Source of the DNA: a virus
Length of the DNA stretch: 31,565 bases
Direction: 5' to 3' (one strand)
Virus record (IMG/VR): IMGVR_UViG_3300045988_062277
In this document: piece by piece, positions 31,096 through 31,565 of the stretch
How the letters are laid out: each line of letters opens with the position of its first letter
How positions within the stretch are numbered: the stretch's first letter is position 1
Translations under genes and position numbers: made by a program
The notes under the pieces: model-generated
The model's input: only the letters and a program-made list of their open reading frames with translations
Databases searched by the model: none
What the model was told of the DNA's origin: nothing

Positions 31096-31565
31096 GCACG
31101 ATAACCGTCACCGTTGGTGACATCACGCTTTACGGCGACGCCGGACACGAGTTCACGCTGGTGTCAATGAGCGGTTTCGACGATTTGCCGTCAGCCAAGA
31201 CCGAGCAGGACGCTTGGGCTGGGGCCGACGGCAACGCCGTTCCCGGCGCGACATATTATGAAGGGCGCACCATCACCGTCAACGGATACTATTCGACCGG
31301 CACGGTCGAGGATACGGATGAGATGATGCGCCGTCTCCGAGGCATGGCCGGACGTCTGGTGCCTGTCACCGTGCAGAAAGGTGCTGGCGTCGCATTGTCG
31401 TGCGATGCGGAACTCAGGTCGATGACCGTGGACGAATACCGGTATCGCGGCAAGGCCGCGTTCCAGATTGGCCTACTCGCGCCATCCCCCTACCTGTATG
31501 GGCCGCTGCGCTCGCAGACGGTCGGCGCGCCGACGGACGGCGAAGGCATCACCGACCCGCTGCTC
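31092..31565 (+). CDS. Distal tail protein (Dit), N-terminal part, continuing at 2..415 across the junction
   Basis: The TTG at 31092 overlaps the TMP stop (TTGA), with GGAAG 9 nt upstream. The frame is open to the window end and continues at position 2. Confidence 0.7.
   Translation, partial: MSTITVTVGDITLYGDAGHEFTLVSMSGFDDLPSAKTEQDAWAGADGNAVPGATYYEGRTITVNGYYSTGTVEDTDEMMRRLRGMAGRLVPVTVQKGAGVALSCDAELRSMTVDEYRYRGKAAFQIGLLAPSPYLYGPLRSQTVGAPTDGEGITDPLL
31511..31565. repeat. Second copy of the 55-bp terminal overlap
   Basis: Identical to 1..55. Confidence 0.95.

Overview
The window is a complete, circularly assembled genome of a tailed (siphovirus-type) phage. Bases 1-55 are identical to 31511-31565, so the unique length is about 31,510 bp. 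By eye the GC content is about 58-60%. The gene content (r1t-type holin, GH25 endolysin, S74-chaperone tail fibre, PrimPol/D5 replicase) suggests a high-GC Gram-positive (Actinomycetota-like) host.

Layout:
- A rightward late/structural arm runs from about 16.6 kb through the circular junction to 5.0 kb: scaffold, connector proteins, MuF-like protein, putative portal, TerL, HNH, capsid, major tail protein, SGNH esterase cassette, G/GT chaperones, tape measure, Dit, Tal, fibres and a lysis cassette.
- A leftward early arm runs from 13.06 kb down to 5.1 kb: two paralogous small immediate-early genes, ERF, a gp2.5-like SSB, a YqaJ exonuclease, VRR-NUC, an SNF2 helicase, a MazG-like protein, an ASCH-like protein, dCTP deaminase, and Zn-ribbon and membrane microproteins.
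- A rightward replicase gene lies at 14.2-16.5 kb.
- I recognise no integrase, repressor or partition gene.

Most interesting signals:
1. A 1.24-kb ORF-poor control region (12995-14234). It holds six iterons at exact 17-bp phasing, a roughly 700-nt GC-rich core with internal repeats, and an AT-rich / microsatellite / alternating-GC block.
2. Two tandem promoter-operator-small-gene cassettes that share palindromes built on the TTGACG -35 hexamer. The same design recurs upstream of the capsid gene.
3. A domain-permuted helicase-PrimPol-PriCT replicase.
4. A cluster of recoding or frame-disruption events between the major tail gene and an SGNH-esterase fibre gene.
5. A tRNA 3'-half-like element in a genome without an integrase.
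6. A non-canonical order of morphogenesis genes.
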